Source: Octopus bimaculoides (lineage: Eukaryota). Taken from it: a stretch of DNA of 64,000 nt. Shown here piece after piece: positions 1 to 12,764 of the stretch. The notes under the pieces are model-generated. The model had not been told where the DNA came from. It did not search any database and saw only the letters and a program-made list of their open reading frames with translations. A program made the translations under genes and the position numbers. Numbering within the stretch: position 1 is the stretch's first letter; every line of letters starts with the position of its first letter. Location: the NCBI RefSeq assembly GCF_001194135.2, contig NC_068982.1, positions 46,826,995-46,890,994 of the forward strand, written 5' to 3'.

Positions 1-35
<35 letters not shown>

Positions 36-49
36 AAAGTAAGGCCAGT

Positions 50-116
50 TAGATAGTACAACTTGATAGTACAACTTGATAGTACAACTTGATAGTACAA
101 CTAGGTAGTACAACTT
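50..116. repeat. 13-bp tandem repeat (GATAGTACAACTT) x~5, preceded by (ATG)n at 1-35
   Basis: Unit read directly from sequence; last copies degenerate. Confidence 0.9.
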
Positions 117-124
117 AATACAGC

Positions 125-350
125 TAATATTGGTTTCAAATTTTGACACAGCAAATTCGAGGTAGGATGTATGTCAATTACATTGCTACCACTGCTCAAC
201 TGGTACTTATTTTATTGACTCTGAAAAGATGAAAAACAAAGTCGACCTCAACAGAATCTGAACTAAGAATGTAAAGATGTAAAGATGGATGAAATGCTGC
301 TAAGCATTTCACCTGGCATGCTAATGATTCTGCTAGCTCGCTGCCTTTGA
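125..350 (-). mobile_element. tRNA-derived SINE, family B (GACTTTGCCTTTCATCCTTT...GATAAAATAAGTACCAGT core, Meta/Sauria-SINE-like)
   Basis: Same core recurs at ~10055, 19000, 26200, 31030-31690, 50225-51070, 54745, 56590 and 59045. The family assignment is from memory. Confidence 0.75.
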
Positions 351-769
351 TGCATCTAATATTAATAAAATAATCAATAAACTAGATAATTAATTAAGTA
401 GTTACAATTCTACCAAAGCAAACTCTCACTTAACAGAATAGAACAGCAATGGTAAAAGTCCTTGGCAGGATGATATTGAAGCCAGATCTATATCTGTTAA
501 GAATTGCAAGAATAATTTGCTCCTGAATTTAAAAGCACTCATACATTGACATATATTGAAATAGACTTTTAGACATAGTTCTGTGACATGCAATACAAAA
601 GAAATACATTTATGCATGATGTCAAAAATATTGAGTTATGCAAGTGAATAATCATAAATACTAAAAAAAAACAAGTGAACTACAACCCAACGAAACTAAA
701 ACATAATATCTGTAGTAGATGACAACAATAAAATTGGAGAGCAGCTAGGCCTCAGTTAGTGCATCTAGG

Positions 770-1375
770 TTATCAGCAGCTAAAGATTTGTAGTTCATTA
801 ATAGAGCTTACCTTTTTTTATCAACAATATGATAGGTCATTGCAGGTTGGTGAAGTATGTGCAATTTCTTATGGTAGCAGAGTTGGCAATTACAAGCTCC
901 AGGCCAGTAAGAAGGGATCCTGTCAAGCACATCCCTTGTGATGTTGGGAGAATTGTTATAATGGACTCAGTCTCCAGGTAAAGTAGAACAAGGAAGTAGG
1001 ATTTTCCTGTTTCTAGACCGGAAGGAATACATGTGTTGCAAGTAACTTCTTTTAAAGTTATCGGTTGTCATGCCCTTATAGCATCTTGTGATGTCATCAG
1101 ATGCTGCAAAGATGGCTTTATAGGCTACAGCCCTTGAGAGGCAGGATCCTCCAAGTGAGCAGTTGGTAGGATTTCAGAAGTTACAGATTAGAGCATCAAG
1201 TGAAGTCTGAACAGGTACATATTATGTCTGTTATGATGTACAGCATTGGAAGTGATATTATCTAAATATGAGTAGCTAACTTTGATGTTATAGGAATTAA
1301 AGAGTTTATGATATCTCTGGATTCTTGGTAAATACTTATTAATTAATGCCAGGAGGCTCCTACCTGTATTAGTTC
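770..1375 (-). mobile_element. Penelope-like element relic (RT C-terminal linker plus GIY-YIG endonuclease)
   Basis: Minus-strand translation: YHKLFNSYNIKVSYSYLDNI, CSLGGSCLSRAVAYKAIF, YKGMTTDNFKRSYLQHMYSFR, CQLCYHKKLHIL. These match PLE motifs; stops present. Confidence 0.85.
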
Positions 1376-3296
1376 ATGATGAGGAGGAAGTGGAGACGGA
1401 AGAGGAATATTAAGAGGAAGAATAGGAGGACCACATCCATCCATCCACCCACCCATCCATACATATATGCATAAATACATACATACATACATGCATGCAT
1501 ACATACACACACAGGCAAGTATCTTCTATAATAGCTTTACACCAACCAAGTGGATTTGGTAGACAGAAGGTAAAACAAGTCTGTAGTGTGTGTGTGTGTG
1601 TGTGTCTGTGTGTGTCTATCTGTCAGTGTGTGTGCACGCACGTGTGTGTGCGTGCATGTATTTGTACCTCCTTGTCTTTATATCACAGGATAGTTATAAA
1701 CAAGCGTCATCTTCATAAAACTGGTGTCTTCCATTTCCAGTGTTCCGTGGAAACATGTCTAGTCATGGGGAAAATATTACCTTTCTGGGAAACGGCAGAG
1801 GGTTGGCAACAATAAGAGTATTTGGGTGTATAAAATCTACCTCAATAAATTTCATCTGACCCACACAAGTACAGAAAAGTGGAAACTAAAACAATGTTGA
1901 TGAAGGTGATGATGATAATGCTGCTGCAACTGCTACTACTGCTGCAGCTGCTGTTGATGATGATGATGATGATGAATATAACAGTAATATATATGTATGC
2001 ATGTGTATTATGTACATTCAAATGGGTGCGCATGTATGTATGTATGTATGCATGTCTTCATCTCTTTATTTTCACAGGAAAAAACTAAAAGACGAAAAAT
2101 AATTTTCCTGAAATACTAGCTCTTGTTTCCTGCTTCTGTTTTTATTCTTTGTATACTTTTTTGTTTTTGTTTTTTCATCATTCGAAATATACATCATTCT
2201 AAATATTCCGTGATATAATTATTTCACCCCGAATCATTTAAAGTTTTAGATTCAATGATTTTTACAAATTTTAATATTTTCATGTCCAACATTATTATTT
2301 TTTAATATAATACCCATTTATTACATTTTATATCTCTTTTACAATTACATATTCACTCTCAAAATTACAGGTCTTTTTTTTTTAACGTTCTTCACATTCT
2401 CAATAATTTCATATATATATCGTCTGAAACTGAATGTTTCCTTCAAATTGTTTTCAAGTTATCAATACATATTATTCAATATCTATTTTATTATTGTTTG
2501 ATTTCTACATTTTTCCATTTCTATTCTTGCAATCTACAAATTTGTTTGAAAATTTTTTCGTTTAAAGTTCTCCACATTTTTTCATTCATTTAAACCCCAA
2601 CACTTGTTTATGGTGTGTTCACTAAATATACACACAGACTTATACACACACACACACAAACAGAGGCACATACTCAGAAATATATACACCATTCTGTAGA
2701 TATATTACCAGAATATGCAGCATTATTTCCCATGCTGAAACACAGCTATAAATTATTCTTAATGAGGAATTGCTCTTAATGAGAGTGTATTCAGTCTGAT
2801 GTAACACTGTTCTTGAGAAGAAGTTATCCTTCTTATAAGAAATGCAGTTGTTATCAAGTGCATTTTCAGCACCTGACTGTCTAATGCACTCAATATTAAC
2901 AGCAAATTGCATAATATGCACTCAATATTAACAGTACATTTTGTGATTTAATTGTGTAAACAATATATTCGTAATTCAAGTAGATTAAGTAAGATCATTG
3001 GATTAAATAAATTTGAATGCATTTTAAATTTCATTTGAAATTATTATTGAACATAAATTCATTATCTTGTGTTCTTGTTATTTCATAATTCTTAAAATAA
3101 TTTGAACAATGAGTACAAACTGGAGTTTCAGGAAGAATACCCTTCATGGAACTACCATCCAGAAACTGGAATGCCTAGAGAAAATCCACACATTCAAATA
3201 AGGAGACTGCAATAAATACAATGAAGAAGAAACAGCATGAAGAGTTGTGAAGACACTCAGCTTATATGATATTAGAGCTGTACCCAATATATACGA

Positions 3297-3470
3297 AGGT
3301 GCATGACTCAGCGGTAAGAGTGTCAGGCTCATAATCATGAGGTAGTGAGTTCAATTCTCAGACTGGGCTGTGTGTTGTGTTCTTGAGCAAGACACTTTAT
3401 TTCATGTTGCTCCAGTTCACTCAGCTGTTACAATGAGTTACGATGTCACTGGTGCCAAGCTGTACCAAGG
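3297..3470 (+). mobile_element. tRNA-headed SINE, family D
   Basis: A/B-box-like head followed by GTGTTCTTGAGCAAGACACTTTATTTCA..GCTCCAGTTCACTCAG; a second copy lies at ~63625-63850. Confidence 0.7.
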
Positions 3471-3788
3471 AAGAAAGGCAAAGTCACCCTCAGCAGAATT
3501 TGAACTCAGAACATAAAGATGGACGAAAGCCACTAAGCATTTTGCCTGGCATAGTAACAATTCTGCCAGCTTGTCACCTCATCAGAAACCCACATTATTG
3601 ATGAAGAATTATTCTTACTGGAACTGAGTAACTTCACTGCCCCTGCTTTGCCGTGTTGGAACAAATATAGTATTGTCAGATCCCTTGGTGATATATTTCC
3701 AGACATATTTGAGGGACTTTATTGAGATGTAAAAACCAAAACTGAAGAATTGAACATCATTATCATAAACATTATCATCTTCATTTAA

Positions 3789-4332
3789 CTCTTTAGCATT
3801 CAGATCTCTCAGTCAAATGTAATATCTATTTATTCAAATTATTTTGAATTAATCATGCATTATCTTCTGGCTTTGAGATCTCAATTATGTGATTGCTCAT
3901 TTCCAAAATGACAACATAGGACAGGAGTGCGAAACTGGATTTGGCTGGTTTAACCCTTTAGTATTCAGATTACTCTGTCAAATATAATGCTTATGTATTC
4001 ACATTGTTTTCAATTCATCATCTTGTAGCTTTGAGATCACAATTATGCGATTGCTTATTTCCAAAATGACAATGCAGGATAGATGTGAGAGACTGGATTT
4101 GGCTGGTTTAACCCTTTAACATTTAGATATTACTCTGTTAAATGTAATGCTTATTTATTTACATTGTTATGAATTACTTATGCATTATGTTGTAGCCACA
4201 AGATTTCAATGATGTCATTGTTCATTTTTAAAATGACATTGTAGGATAGGTGTGAGAGACTGATCTGGGCAATTTGAACATAAAACAGAGAGAATGTTTG
4301 GGCCCAATATGATTGGTTTTAATGCTAAAGGG
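3789..4332 (+). mobile_element. piggyBac-like MITE, tandem trimer
   Basis: TTAA+CCCTTTAGCATT-like starts at 3789, 3954 and 4112; ends AATGCTAAAGGG+TTAA at 4332-4336. Confidence 0.75.
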
Positions 4333-6130
4333 TTAACATCCCTTTTTTCCATGCTGGCATGGATTGAAGAGTTTGACATGAACCAAGCTCCAATGTCTGC
4401 TTTGACATGTGATATGATCTCTACAGCTGGATGCTCTTCCTAATCCCAACTGCTTTGCAGAGTGTACTGTGTGCTTTTTTTTACATGGCACCAGCATTGA
4501 TACAGTCACCAAGTACCAACAAGACAAGATCCCGCAGCTGAGTGGGGTATAGTATTGAGGGATATCAAAGTACGATAGAAGGGGCAAGAGTAAGTGTCTT
4601 GCTGAAGAGGTGAGTACATGGATTCACTATCAGGAATGATAGAATGAGATGTGAGATCAGGGAACAAGGTGAGTATGAAAGAGAAATAGGATAGAAGAAC
4701 AAGGAAGGTGGGTGGGTAGGTAAGTGTACACTGAGTGTCTCAATCAGGCATTGGTAGAAGACAACTGTCTATCTTTTCTATAATTTAATTTGTTACAGAT
4801 AGTCTGAATAACTGCAACTGTTCCTTTTCATTTCTCTCAAAGGTTCAGGAGTGAAGAGGAATTTTCAAGATACAAATTTTTAGATATGGACACGCACACA
4901 CACACACACACACGCGAGTGCACATACACACACACACACACACGTGCACATACACACACACGTGCACACACACACACGTGCACACACACANNNNNNNNNN
5001 NNNNNNNNNNNNNNNNNNNNNNNNNNNNNNNNNNNNNNNNNNNNNNNNNNNNNNNNNNNNNNNNNNNNNNNNNNNNNNNNNNNNNNNNNNNNNNNNNNNN
5101 NNNNNNNNNNNNNNNNNNNNNNNNNNNNNNNNNNNNNNNNNNNNNNNNNNNNNNNNNNNNNNNNNNNNNNNNNNNNNNNNNNNNNNNNNNNNNNNNNNNN
5201 NNNNNNNNNNNNNNNNNNNNNNNNNNNNNNNNNNNNNNNNNNNNNNNNNNNNNNNNNNNNNNNNNNNNNNNNNNNNNNNNNNNNNNNNNNNNNNNNNNNN
5301 NNNNNNNNNNNNNNNNNNNNNNNNNNNNNNNNNNNNNNNNNNNNNNNNNNNNNNNNNNNNNNNNNNNNNNNNNNNNNNNNNNNNNNNNNNNNNNATATAT
5401 ATATATATATATATATACATATATGTGTGTGTATGTATGTATATAAATATGCATAAATATTTATATACTCACACACACAAATATATACATATACATGCGT
5501 GTGTGTGTGTGTGAGTATGTGGAAATGGTATGTATAGGTATGTTCTGACAACAACAACAAAAAATATGTATTTCCACTGGCAAGGCAAAATACAAACAAT
5601 CTATACATGATCAATAACTTTACATACACAAGACTTCTATGTGCAATATTTCAAAAGCTTATAAGGAAACAAACCCAAATACACCCAACTTAATTAACAA
5701 AGAACTGAAAAACTTAGCCTCTGCCCTGAAGATAGATGACAAAGTAGAATGGGTGGCATTTAGTCAAACTTATATTACATTGCTGAACTACAAACCAACT
5801 TCTTTGAAGAACCGCAAGCTAACTTCATAGCAGAACCTAAATATTGACATATTAACTCTGCTGAAACTGATTTAGTTAAGATTACTAATAAATAGTTTAG
5901 ATCCAAACAAAACTACCATTAAGCAAGCCACAAACCTTCTATTCAAGAAAAAGTGGCACTTCAGTCATTAATTGTTTCGCTAACATTAATTGTTTCGCAC
6001 ACTTATTGCAGTGGTCCTTCAGTTTTATATATACATAAAATTATAATTTAGGGTATCCTAAGAGATACCCTAAATTGTAATTTTAAATGATTATTACCTT
6101 TGATGGTGTTTATATAAATATATAAACATA

Positions 6131-6346
6131 CATGAGGGACTGCTGAAAAGTTCTTAGTTTTGGGTAAAAGAAAATATAGGAGGATCAGTTAATTATGATT
6201 TTATTCAACATATTCCCATCAGATTCACACACTTATTGCAGTGATCCTTCAGTTTTTCTAAGCCCTGTAAAGAACTTGGAAGTTTGAGCCTCCAACCAGG
6301 CCTTTCACAATACCCTTGAAGCTAGGAACTTCTCAGCACCCCGTCG
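6131..6346 (+). mobile_element. mariner-type MITE (copy 1)
   Basis: TA-flanked, ~28-bp imperfect TIRs (GAGGG..TGCTGAAAAGTTC / GAACTTCTCAGCACCCCGTC). Confidence 0.8.
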
Positions 6347-6545
6347 TACTTGGAAAACATAACTATAAACGTACTGTGTAATACTGTGAGATTCTACCCT
6401 TCAATAACCAAGCCAGTCTTACAAAATGCGTTGATTTTTGGCAGCAGGTTCACCACCAATTAACAACATTGATACTAATGTGATCATGCACACAAGGAAA
6501 TAATTTGTAGGTCAAACATAATGGTACAAAATTATTCAAGATCTA

Positions 6546-6761
6546 CAAGGGGGTGCTAAAAAGCTCCTGGCTTTGGGTAAAAGAAAATACAGGAGGATCA
6601 GTTAATTATGATCTTATTCAACATATTCCCCTCTCAGGTTCACACACTTATTGCAGTGGTACTTCAGTTTATCTAAGCCCTGTAAAGACCTCAAAATTTT
6701 GGGCCTCCAATCAGGCCTTTCACGATGCCCTTAAAGCCAGGAACTTTCCAGCACTCCCTTG
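6546..6761 (+). mobile_element. mariner-type MITE (copy 2)
   Basis: TA-flanked and homologous to 6131-6346. Confidence 0.8.
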
Positions 6762-7838
6762 TACATGGAGTGCTTTAAAGGAGCAAAACTATGTAACTTA
6801 ATAGGAACATTCTCTTATAGAACAAATATTTAACTAACTAGAACTACTACTTTACAAAAATGGCAGATTAATCATATCCCATTATAAGAAGAAGCACCAA
6901 CTAGACATTTAGAAAAGATTTTAACCTAAGGTTTACGTTAGTACTACAATAGGCATAATTAATTTTTTAGAGAAAACATCAAACTTAAATTCAGATAAAT
7001 ACAGCTCATACAGAAAATGTAATAAGAACTTTGCTGTACAGCTACAAAAATTTCATTATTTTAAAAAGCTTGTCTAGCAATGCTAGTGGACAGACCTCAG
7101 GCATATCCTTCACTAAAGAATTCTGTAAATGTCCAAGGGAATATTACAATATACTACGCAGAAACAAGTTTACAGAGAAAGAGAAAAAAAAACAGATTAC
7201 TAACATAAACAGAACAAGTAAGATAATTGGTATAACACACCATTTGACACCTTATGTGACAGTTCAAATATTGTCTGATCCTTCTTAAAATAGTCGCTTC
7301 TAAGAAATAAACTTTTCTATATAAACTGTATGTTCTACAATATCTTTAACAGAAGTATCGTCAAAATGATTCCGAATTCTTCTGAATTTTGCTGCATCTT
7401 TAAACCTGACATAAACAAATGCACAAACTTATCTACTATATTGCAATTCTCTTGTTACTTACACTTGTCCACTTGATGGTAACTTCTTCAAGAAAGTTTA
7501 ATGTGTTGAGTGAAGATCTCTATTGGAAACTGCAATAATGTAAAAATAAACTACAAGTATAACTAAGATACCTTTTAAATTAAGATTTAAACAACACACT
7601 AGGCCCTTGAGATATGTACACAGAAGCAATACTACTTACTCTTTCTAAGTATTGCTGCAATCCAAAGAAAAAGGCTCTCAGGATCAGTTGGCCAACCATT
7701 GAAACTATAGATTCCATGGCTAATGAGAGGTATTTCACATCTAATCGTCCTTTACCATCAATCATTTACCATGTTGTCACACTTTTCAGTCCCTGACTCC
7801 TATTCTGTCTTTCATATTCCCTTTGTGCCTTGATCTCA

Positions 7839-7840
<2 letters not shown>

Positions 7841-7930
<90 letters not shown>
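7841..7930. repeat. (TC)n microsatellite
   Basis: Directly visible; source of the poly-SL/RE ORFs in the track. Confidence 0.95.
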
Positions 7931-7932
<2 letters not shown>

Positions 7933-8377
7933 ATGCTTTCCAGATAGGAAGCCATGTTTTCACCTCTTCAGCAAGACACATGCTCCTCTCCCTCTATCAT
8001 ACTTTCTTATTCCTCAGTACCATACCTCATTCAGTTGAGGGGTCTTGACTTGTGAATACTTGGTGATCTCAACAGATCTGATACTATGCAAAGAAGCACT
8101 CAGCATACTTTTAAGGTAGCTGGTGCTAGGAAGGGCATGAAACTGTAGAAACCAAGCCAAAGCAGACTTTAGAGCTCAGTGCAACCCTTTAGCTCATCAG
8201 TTCATGACAAACTGTCCAATACATGCTAACATGGAAAAAAGAATGTTGAATGATGATGATGATGAGATACAGTTTCCAAAATAGAGACACATATGTCTAT
8301 GTGTGTATGTTTGAATGTATGCATAATCATGTACGTGTGTATAATTGTGCATGCATATACAAGTGTATGTGTATTTG

Positions 8378-8410
<33 letters not shown>

Positions 8411-10384
8411 TACATGTCAGTGTGTCTCTGTGCATGTACATGGTAATATGTATGTGTGCACGTGCACTGTTGTGTCATGCAGTGTTTTCAAATATGGCCA
8501 CATTCATATCTTAAGCTTTATGTTCAGACATTTTATTCAACAAGGGGACTAAACTCTTACATCAACCTGGCAGCCACACTGTTTGTTATATTTGTTCTTG
8601 TATCAGTCATCAAATCACAATGTTCGTTAGTACAGTCTGGAATGGCACTGAAAGCTCATGGTTGTGATTCTTTATTTTGCTCAGGATCAATATTTGTGTT
8701 GTTGTTTATTAGATATTATACCCTGTTCACCTTAAAGAGTCACAGCTGTATTTATTTCCTGCTTGAAATATGAATCTAGTTTGCATCAATATCAAACTAG
8801 AGCAGCACTTTCATAAGACAATGTTGTTGGTGATCGTATTTGCCTGCCTATTGAAGCAGACGGACTTAGAAGTCTTTCTGTGTAATGGATTGTCTGGTAA
8901 CTCAAAAGCATGTGAATCAAATGCACATTAATGGAACCTTTACTTTGGTAAATACGCTTTTAAACCCACTTTTAACACTTGCGACCATTCTTTCAGCAAT
9001 TCCATTTGATTTTAGATGATATGGAGACATTTCCATAATTTTACGTTTGATCTTATCAAGCAATGTACACAAGTCATTATTACGAAATTCATTTCAGACA
9101 CTAATGTTTCTGAAACACTATTTCTGGCAAATACAGTTCTTAATACAGGCCTAACTGTTTTTACTCCTTTTATTCTTATCTTACTATTAATCCTGACCAT
9201 CCAGAGGTATGCATCAACAAGTATTATGGAATTAAAAACAGTCTATTATTCTAGACACAAGCATAATCCATAAACATATATAGCCATACTTCAATTTCTT
9301 TGGGGATGTGCACGTATTCTCTGAGATGGTTTCAATTTTATTCTAGTACATATCAGACAGCTTACATATTCCATATATTCACAATAACTTGGCCACCATG
9401 CTTCTGATATATGCTTCTTATTGTAGGGATGCAAGCTCCAACCATGAAATAATCAGTTAGAGATCATGAGTATGCCGTTACAGTTTCACGTGATTGATCT
9501 ATAAATCGATCAACCAGTAGTGAAGGTGTGGCATGATGAGGCTTCTTGGATGTTCTAAAATTTGCTCCCTTTTTATCTTACTGAAACAGTTTAGCACCCA
9601 ACTCACCAAGCAGATTAGGTTGCACCAGAGACAGCTTTGAACACTCACACACAATGTACTACAGCTAACCTTCAACAAGACATAATGTAGTTCTCTCCTC
9701 TCAACTGGCAGTTATATTATTTGGATTTTTCTTTTCTAAATGGCCAACAGAGTAGATCATTTCTACCAAAAAAATACATTAAACGTTTGTGAGTTTGCTC
9801 CTTTTATAATACACACAGTTGGCTAGACCGCACAACAATGGTCTTCACCAATTTCAACAGCCACCTCACAAAATTTTCATTGAACCACAATGCAAATCTC
9901 ATGGCTGACTTTTATCATTAAATTTCTAAAGCAGTTTGATGGATTAATTCTCCATTACTCAATATACCATCTTTCATCTGTGACTTAACTTTTAATAACT
10001 TAAAAGGCCTTTCAACAGTAGGACAATTGCTCCAGTTATTATTAATATCTTAGGTAAGGCGGTGAGCTGGTAGAATCATTAGCATGTTGGGCAAAATGCT
10101 TAGTGACATTTCATCCATCTTGACATTCTGAGTTCAAATTCCGCCAAGTTGGACTTTGCTTTTCATGCTCTCAGGGTCAATAAAATAAGTACCAGTCATG
10201 CACTGGGATTGATGTAATCAATTAGCACCCCCCCCCTCTCCAAAATGTCAGGCTTTGTGCCTAGGATTATTAATATATTCGATGAAATATGACTAGCAGT
10301 CTCCAACTTTATATTTTCACTTTTTCTAAGATCAGTTTCTCAAAAAGCGTTGAAAGAATCATCCACCTATCCATTCATCCATCT

Positions 10385-10545
10385 TCTCTACCCATGATTC
10401 CTAGGAGGGTCTTGGAACCAGAGTCCTCAGGCACCTCATCCTAGAGTCCTGTCGGAAGCAACCATCATTACACTTCCAACTGAGATTACTGATATTATCC
10501 AATCATCTCATTCTTGGTTTTGGTCAACCTTTAGGTCTCCAAACC
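10385..10545 (-). mobile_element. RTE-like LINE 3' fragment inserted in the gypsy relic
   Basis: Minus strand resembles the W.P.G.R..GRP..RW.D.I tail of RTE ORF2. Confidence 0.5.
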
Positions 10546-10550
10546 AATAT

Positions 10551-10920
10551 TATTATTACCTCCACTTTAGCGAAGGTAGAGGTATTGTTTTCAGTCATGT
10601 TTGTTTGTTTGTCTGTGGACAAGATATCTCAAGAACTGCCAGATGGATTCGGATGAAACTTTCAGAGATGTTTGGCCTCATGACTGGCACAAACTAATTA
10701 GATTTTGGGATCAATCCAGTACCGGACAAGGATTCTGGATTATTTTCCTTTTTTTTTTTACTTAATTTTTGAGAGCAGTCAGGTTCATTTTTACTATTCT
10801 TGTTTGTGAGAGCAGTCGAGTTTATTTCAGACATTCCCATTTTAAAAATCATCTCCGGCTAATTGTTGAGAGGACAGTGTTGCTTTGGCAGAGGTTTGAA
10901 CTCACTGAGTGCTCTTGTTA
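10551..10920 (+). mobile_element. Helentron-associated (HINE/DINE-like) non-autonomous element
   Basis: 5' TATTATTACCTCCAC..GTAGAGGT, (GTTT)n/GTCT tract, 3' TTGGCAGAGGT subterminal inverted repeat plus CACTGAGTG hairpin and a T-rich end. Confidence 0.6.
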
Positions 10921-11867
10921 TTAATAAATTCGATCATGGATTACACATTGACACGTAGTATTTGAGATACCTTTACATATAATATTTCATAATCCAATGC
11001 AACCATTTCTGAGGTCTGTTTTTAAATACATACACATGTTGCTTTTGGCAATCTAAATATGTTACACAAAATAAATTTAGTGGCCTAAGGTCTGAGACCA
11101 AGTTAAATTTTCAGCCAAGTAGAAAATAGCTGTCCTCTTCATCAAGGCTTTCCTTTCAATGGTTTAATATCTTGTTTCAGTCGTTTTTAATACTCTAGAC
11201 GAATATAACACATGATTGCTGACACATGGAAGTAGTTGCAATGTAGCCCTTTCACATGCATCAGTTATTAAGGTAGTTTCATTTACAACACCATAAATCT
11301 GGACCCTTGATTTTGATGCTAATATCAGCATTATACGCCCAACGCCTTTTATTGTTCAGCTTCCCATGAAAATAGATATCACATTTATGAAGTGATGCAA
11401 GCAGCGATATATGGGGTCAATAAGAATCAATAAGTCTTCCACCACAGAAATTAACAGGTCTGAAAAACGATTCTGTTTGCTTCTTATTCTTTGGTGGATT
11501 TACATCTGAAATTCTCATTACTAAACGATAATCTTGAGATCTCCCTTTCTTTTGTTGGTCTATATCCCACAAAAGCCAATTCATCAAATTCTAACACAGG
11601 TTTAGCTCGATTAGTCATCATGCCTGATAATTTCAACATTTTGTTATATCTACCATGAGACACAGATTTTCAACAGGATTAATACTATGCAGTGTGTCTG
11701 TGTGTGTGTCTGTGTCTGTGCACGTATGCATGTGCATGTAAGTGTGTATGTGTGCATATACATACACACACATTCATATATACATAACAGACACACATAC
11801 ACACACACATATTTGAGTGAGTGAAGAAACAAAAGGAGGGCACTCAACACATTTATTGAGAGTACCA

Positions 11868-12025
11868 TGTATGGATCAAAGCAGTTTGATTCAAATTCCA
11901 TACTACTTAAAGTTTCAAAGCTCATGAAGCTTATCGTTGGGCAGAAGAAAGCCTGATGAGAAGCCTCATGAGCTTTGACATTCTAAGTAGCATGGAATTT
12001 GAATCTAACTGTTTTGAGCCATATA
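11868..12025. repeat. Small foldback element (~65-bp imperfect arms)
   Basis: TATGGATCAAAGCAGTTTGATTCAAATTCCATACTACTTA..TCAAAGCTCATGA versus its reverse complement ending ..TTTGAGCCATA. Confidence 0.8.
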
Positions 12026-12029
12026 TACT

Positions 12030-12400
12030 TTCGAGCGAGATCGTTGCCAAACTTTCGAGCGAGATCGTTGCCAACTTTCGAGCGAGATCATTGCCAGTGC
12101 CCCTGGACTGGCTCTTGTGCGGGTGGCACATAAAATACACCATTTTGAGCATGGCTGTTGCCAGTATCACCTGACTGGCCTTCGTGCGGGTGACATGTAA
12201 AAGCACCTACTACACTCTCGGAGTGGTTGGCGTTAGGAAGGGCATCCAGCTGTAGAAACTCTGTCAAATCAGATTGGAGCCTGGTGTAGCCTTCGGGCTC
12301 CACCAGTCCTCAGTCAAATCGTCCAACCCATGCTAGCATGGAAAGCGGACGTTAAACGACGATGATAATGATCATGATGATTATGATCATGATGATGATG
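12030..12400 (+). mobile_element. SINE family C with RTE-like tail ending (GAT)n
   Basis: GTTAGGAAGGGCATCCAGCTGTAGAAAC..GTCAAATCGTCCAACCCATGCTAGCATGGAAAGCGGACGTTAAACGA(TGA)n. Other copies at ~4335, 27560, 29425, 37720, 44255, 48165, 50705, 52745, 59815 and 60340. Confidence 0.8.
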
Positions 12401-12764
12401 TGTATATATATANNNNNNNNNNNNNNNNNNNNNNNNNNNNNNNNNNNNNNNNNNNNNNNNNNNNNNNNNNNNNNNNNNNNNNNNNNNNNNNNNNNNNNNN
12501 NNNNNNNNNNNNNNNNNNNNNNNNNNNNNNNNNNNNNNNNNNNNNNNNNNNNNNNNNNNNNNNNNNNNNNNNNNNNNNNNNNNNNNNNNNNNNNNNNNNN
12601 NNNNNNNNNNNNNNNNNNNNNNNNNNNNNNNNNNNNNNNNNNNNNNNNNNNNNNNNNNNNNNNNNNNNNNNNNNNNNNNNNNNNNNNNNNNNNNNNNNNN
12701 NNNNNNNNNNNNNNNNNNNNNNNNNATATATATATATATATATATATAATTGTATATATATATA

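Larger units (their letters stand above)
5600..7800 (+). mobile_element. Penelope-like element, near-complete decayed RT plus GIY-YIG ORF
   Basis: In order: NISKAYKETNPN..INKELKNLASALKIDDKVE..QTYITL, FYPSITK, KGAKLCNLIGTF, LYKNG (YRDDG site), NFLEKTSNL, IIWYNTPF, NIFNRSIVK, CPLDGN, FKLRFKQH. Many stops and frameshifts; two MITEs inserted. Confidence 0.85.

Noticed and set aside
2640-2921. Minus-strand ORF with DNNCISY, plus short resemblances to TMEM135 at ~16970 and ~55640
   Set aside because: The matches are a few residues, on inconsistent strands and in the wrong order; treated as coincidence.
4837-5629. Long ORFs spanning N-gaps and (CA)/(TA) repeats (also at 12.4, 25, 27.7, 30, 37.8 and 39 kb)
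   Set aside because: They are open only because N codons and dinucleotide repeats contain no stops.
7290-7800. Initial reading as an L2/CR1 RT C-terminus (KKALRISW, DLYW)
   Set aside because: Other frames give ordered PLE motifs (IFNRSIVK, CPLDGN, FKLRFKQH) continuous with the upstream PLE RT.
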